The notes under the pieces: model-generated
Seen by the model: only the letters and a program-made list of their open reading frames with translations
What the model was told of the DNA's origin: nothing
Database searches by the model: none
Made by a program: the position numbers and the translations under genes
Shown here: piece by piece, positions 60,531-64,000 of the stretch
Layout: each line of letters starts with the position of its first letter
Position numbering within the stretch: the stretch's first letter is position 1
From: an uncultured Planctomycetaceae bacterium
GTDB taxonomy: Bacteria; Planctomycetota; Planctomycetia; Planctomycetales; Planctomycetaceae
Reading direction: 5' to 3'
DNA: 64,000 bases
Assembly (NCBI GenBank): GCA_963976765.1
Contig: CAXBME010000010.1
Coordinates: 124,001 to 188,000 of the forward strand

Positions 60531-61440
60531 AATAGACCTCGCCAGCGATGACGCGGAAGTCGTCGCGAAGGCTCTCGACGAGCTGGCGGGTTTGCGGACG
60601 GCTGAAGCTGCCGAGTTGCTTTTTGAAAAAGCCTGCGACGAAGCGTTTTCGGCAGCAAAGCTCGCCAGCAATACGTTTAGCGCGTTCGTCGCGGCTCATC
60701 CGAAAATCGCTTTGAGACACACCAGCAGCGATCTCAGGAAATCGGCGATTGCTCACCTGAGCAGTCAGAAAGTCATCGCCGCCGTTCCCGAGCTGGCTCG
60801 CGTGCTGAATTCAAAGATGTCTCTCGAAATTCGCTGCCTGAGCGCGACAGCGCTGGGAGCGATCGGCCAGACAGCCAGCGTGCCGGTTCTGGTCGAAGCT
60901 CGACAGGATCCAACGCCTGAAATTCGAGCGGCCGCTTTGCACGGCCTGCAGAACATCATGCAGGTCGCTGGCGAGAAAGCGGTCATCGGCTTTCTTGAGG
61001 ATCACGACTGGGCTCTTCGGCTGGACGCGAAGGAGCATCTCGAAAGTACCGGCTGGGCTCCGAAGACGAACCGCGAGAAAGTTCTGTGGGGGATTGCGCT
61101 TGGCAGATTTGACGCAGCGGTTGCTCACGGCCAGGAGTCGGTCGACGCTCTTGTCGATGCCACTCTACACGTGAATGATGCGGAAGTTCGCCGCTGGTCA
61201 GCCGTCGCGTTGACACGGCTGAATTCCGACACGGCAGCGCGCCGACTTCGAAAAGCTCTCAAATCCCAAAACGCGGCGGAGCGCGAAGCCGCTTCCGCAG
61301 CGCTGGCAATTCTGGGCGTGCCAGACGACCAGGAAGGACCCGGTGAAGCGGAACAGTTGCTGGTTCTCACCCCGACGAACCCTCGTGAATCAGTCTTCGC
61401 CGCCGCAGCCAGAATGTTGACGCTGATCGGTCAGCCCTGA
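60505..61440 (+). CDS. HEAT/PBS-lyase repeat protein
   Basis: IRCLSATALGAIG, IRAAALHGL, VRRWSAVAL, REAASAALAILG. Confidence 0.85.
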   Translation: MPQRLQKLKIDLASDDAEVVAKALDELAGLRTAEAAELLFEKACDEAFSAAKLASNTFSAFVAAHPKIALRHTSSDLRKSAIAHLSSQKVIAAVPELARVLNSKMSLEIRCLSATALGAIGQTASVPVLVEARQDPTPEIRAAALHGLQNIMQVAGEKAVIGFLEDHDWALRLDAKEHLESTGWAPKTNREKVLWGIALGRFDAAVAHGQESVDALVDATLHVNDAEVRRWSAVALTRLNSDTAARRLRKALKSQNAAEREAASAALAILGVPDDQEGPGEAEQLLVLTPTNPRESVFAAAARMLTLIGQP

Positions 61441-61450
61441 ATCAAAAGTT

Positions 61451-61471
61451 ACAGGGTGGGCACTGCCCATC
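61451..61471. repeat. Single GTAG-family REP palindrome
   Basis: ACAGGGTGGGCACTGCCCATC. Confidence 0.7.
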
Positions 61472-61518
61472 CTATTATTGAGCCTTCCACGCTGTGGCTT
61501 GACGCTCGAAAGCGAGAC

Positions 61519-62310
61519 ATGCGGAATATTCGATTGACGATTGCGTACGATGGATCGAACTACGTGGGCTGGCAGGTTCAGCCAAATGGTCCGACCGTCC
61601 AGGTGGCCGTCGAAAAGGCAATTAAGATGCTGACCGGCTTCGACGCCAGCGTACTTTCCGCCGGTCGGACGGATTCGGGAGTGCACGCGCTCGGGCAGGT
61701 CGCCAGCTTTCAGACCGAGTCGACGATTCCGGTCGATGGATTCCGGAAAGCTCTGAATAAGTTTCTGCCTGACGACGTCATCGTCCGAGACGCTCAGGAA
61801 GTGCCGCTGGACTTTCACGCGACGTTCTCGGCAGTCCAGAAACGCTACCGTTACGTGATCCACAACTGCCGGACTCACAACCCGTTTCTGCGGAATTACG
61901 TCTGGCATTTTCATCAGGACATCGACTCGGCAGCGATGCACGAGGCTGCGCAGGAACTGGTTGGAAAGCACGATTTCCGCAGCTTCGAATCTCACTGGCC
62001 GAACAAGGCCAGCAGCGTCCGCACCGTCAAAGAGGTCACCGTGCGGCGGCAGAACTTCTGTCCGTTGTGGCTGGGCGACGCCGATCAGCAGCCGTCCGAT
62101 AACAACTCAGGCGATTTCGTCTGGCTGGAAATCGTCGCGGACGGATTTCTCTACAACATGGTCCGGGCGATTGTCGGCACGCTGGTTCCCGTCGGTCGAG
62201 GCCGCTGGAACGGCGACGACATTCGCCGGATTCTGACCGCAATGACTCGGTCCGAAGCGGGCGACACGGCACCACCGAACGGGCTGTACCTGGTCCATGT
62301 GGACTACTGA
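61519..62310 (+). CDS. truA: tRNA pseudouridine(38-40) synthase
   Basis: AYDGSNYVGWQVQ, AGRTDSGVHA, FHA, GKHDFRSF, FLYNMVR, TAPPNGLYL. Confidence 0.97.
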   Translation: MRNIRLTIAYDGSNYVGWQVQPNGPTVQVAVEKAIKMLTGFDASVLSAGRTDSGVHALGQVASFQTESTIPVDGFRKALNKFLPDDVIVRDAQEVPLDFHATFSAVQKRYRYVIHNCRTHNPFLRNYVWHFHQDIDSAAMHEAAQELVGKHDFRSFESHWPNKASSVRTVKEVTVRRQNFCPLWLGDADQQPSDNNSGDFVWLEIVADGFLYNMVRAIVGTLVPVGRGRWNGDDIRRILTAMTRSEAGDTAPPNGLYLVHVDY

Positions 62311-62346
62311 AACCAGCCCTGAAGATCAGAAAAAAGCAGCGGTCTG

Positions 62347-62506
62347 GGCACAGATTGTCACGGATGATCGAGATGCTTCGTGGAGCCATCCGTGTTTATC
62401 CATGAAATCCGTGGCTGTCTATTCTGAGTATGAAAAAGATCAGACGGACCACGAAAAACACGGAAGAATGATGCTTTTTCTGTGCCCTTCCATGTGTTCG
62501 GTGGTT
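62347..62506. repeat. Two adjacent imperfect inverted repeats (CACGGAT and CACGAAA families)
   Basis: GGCACAGATTGTCACGGAT...ATCCGTGGCT and GACCACGAAAAACACGGAA...TTCCATGTGTTCGGTGGTT. Confidence 0.65.
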
Positions 62507-62588
62507 ATTCGTTTTCCGAATTCTGGTTACTCCCGCCGACCGAAATTCGGCAATTCTCGAATAAATCCAAGTTTGATGACCATTTCCG

Positions 62589-62617
62589 CGAACCAGCCGT
62601 CGATTGTTCTGGTCAGA
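62589..62617 (+). promoter_or_regulatory. Possible ECF (sigmaE-like) promoter
   Basis: CGAACCA-N16-GTCAGA resembles the GAAC/GTC ECF promoter pattern. Confidence 0.35.
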
Positions 62618-62845
62618 GCAGCCAGGAGACGGTACAGACTGTATCATCAGCAGCCTGTAATAAACGCTCCGCTTACGCCGCACGGTGCGGCGATCAAACT
62701 TCGCCGTCGATGGACACTGACACGCTCGACCTGACCACAGTTCGATCGTTGATTCCAGTCGACGGCAACCGGCTCTGAGCAAAATTCAGAAAGGTTTACA
62801 GAGCCAACATCCTTTGTCCGCGGGAAGACCCGCAAAGGTGCTCCG

Positions 62846-63166
62846 ATGTTTAACGCACAGATCAACACGATTCAGCCGACCCAAATCAATGCCACGACAA
62901 CTGGTATTCTGGTCAATGGCGTACGTGTCGAGCGCGTAGAACGTCGTTTGAAGCGCCAGGACTGCGCCTCGAAACGCTCGTCCGATGCCTCGCTAATGGC
63001 GTCAATGAGCGGTTCATGTGGCTGTCCGAGTATGTCCCATCTATCGGAACATTATTCGGAACTCTGGCAAGGAGCCTACCCGGCCCCCGCGGCCAGATCA
63101 GCCGCAGCCAGCGTGCCCGCCCCGATATGGGGACGGCTTGTCGTGTTGAAAGCTCTTTCGAGCTGA
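62846..63166 (+). CDS. 106-aa upstream ORF / candidate leader peptide
   Basis: ATG preceded by SD-like AAAGGTG; low-complexity segmented peptide; lies in the structured leader of a sigma gene. Confidence 0.5.
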   Translation: MFNAQINTIQPTQINATTTGILVNGVRVERVERRLKRQDCASKRSSDASLMASMSGSCGCPSMSHLSEHYSELWQGAYPAPAARSAAASVPAPIWGRLVVLKALSS

Positions 63167-63660
63167 AGCAGTTGACCCAAACCTGCGAGTCACCTTTCGA
63201 GGCGTTTCGCAGAAATCAGGTCAAGGCAGGCTGAGGGGGCCCGATGGCTCAGTTCAGGCAGTTCGCTCACGCAACTGCTGAAGACTGAAACTTTCGAGCA
63301 TCCTCACTTTCGGTCGTGCTGGTTCGAGCTCCATCTGAAATTTTCAGATCGGAACTTCGATCTCAGTCGGCTCTGCCCGTTTCATTGCCCGTCGAAGCTG
63401 CAGGCGTTTCTGCATGCATTCGCTTTTGCCACGCAACTGGCATTCGCAACTTCGACAGACAGTTGAAGCAGGCTCGAAAGAAGCCCGCCACGCGACGATC
63501 GGCCGAGGTCACCAGCTCGTCTGCCAGTTGGGAATTCACGTTTCCAGGCAGCGACCTGAGCATCAAAGGCCAGCTCACGATGATTCAACTTCAGGCAAAC
63601 GATCCTTCAACACGCCTGACTTCTTCACAACCAAATGCCGCGGCGCATTGCGTCGAGGTT
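63134..63660 (+). ncRNA. Candidate highly structured cis-regulatory RNA
   Basis: Long-range stem 63134-63164/63471-63505 enclosing at least 5 hairpins, plus 3 further hairpins before the sigma start. Confidence 0.5.
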
Positions 63661-63682
63661 CAAATAAACAAGGTAGATCAAG

Positions 63683-64000
63683 ATGGAAGACACTCGAATG
63701 ATCGAGTTGGTTCGACTGGCTCAGGACCAGGACCGAGAGGCTTTCGGCCTGCTGGTTGAAGCGTTTGAGCCAACTGTTTACAGCATTGTTCTGCGACGAC
63801 TGCGGGACAACTCCGAGGCTCTCGAGTTGACTCAGGAAATCTTCATCCGAGCGATGCGGAAGATTGGTCAGCTACGCGAGCCGGAACGGTTCGCTGGCTG
63901 GCTTCGGCAGATCGCCGTTCGAATGGCGATCAACCGGATCGTACGACGCCCGAAAGAAGCACTGGTCGAGTCAGGGACGTTTGACAGCTTTCGAGCGGAC
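63683..64000 (+). CDS. ECF sigma factor, 3'-truncated (not in the ORF track)
   Basis: MEDTRMIELVRLAQDQDREAFGLLVEAFEPTVYSIVLRRLRDNSEALELTQEIFIRAMRKIGQLREPERFAGWLRQIAVRMAIN = region 2; SD AAGGT upstream. Confidence 0.9.
   Translation, partial: MEDTRMIELVRLAQDQDREAFGLLVEAFEPTVYSIVLRRLRDNSEALELTQEIFIRAMRKIGQLREPERFAGWLRQIAVRMAINRIVRRPKEALVESGTFDSFRAD

Noticed and set aside
63134..63660. tmRNA, RNase P RNA, SRP RNA or group II intron
   Set aside because: No tRNA-like ends, no GAAAGUCC, no SRP GGAAGCAG loop context, no domain V signature seen
63316..63759. ORFs 63316-63759, 63414-63701 and the antisense ORFs there
   Set aside because: No protein-like features; they overlap the structured leader and the out-of-frame sigma gene
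1..64000. Prophage, IS element, integrase or defence island
   Set aside because: No such genes recognised; gene content looks like ordinary chromosome

Overview
This 64 kb window looks like ordinary chromosomal DNA from a member of the Planctomycetota (inferred from two planctomycete cytochrome-c/DUF1549/DUF1553 + DUF1501 pairs, a giant GspD-like secretin, SHD1-like domains, four ECF sigma factors and a sulfatase). It has about 46 CDSs, including purH, truA, recC, a squalene/phytoene synthase and an M32 carboxypeptidase. There is one decayed DUF2235 (Tle1-like) gene and several families of short palindromic intergenic repeats. I saw no rRNA, tRNA, CRISPR array, transposase, integrase or phage gene. 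The most interesting signals are non-coding. (1) A ~1 kb leader ahead of the ECF sigma gene at the right end contains a 106-codon uORF with a sequestered SD; the uORF 3' end can pair over ~340 nt with a distal segment that also has a second identical partner, suggesting a translation-coupled RNA switch. (2) A ~100-nt unit at 11.9-12.0 kb has a sigma70-type promoter, a long hairpin, a 13-codon ORF and a terminator/antiterminator. (3) A lone recC is bracketed by REPIN-like elements. (4) An ECF sigma factor with a hydrophobic N-terminal extension is followed by an unannotated 48-aa gene. All calls come from reading motifs by eye; no searches or folding programs were run, and start codons were refined by inspection.
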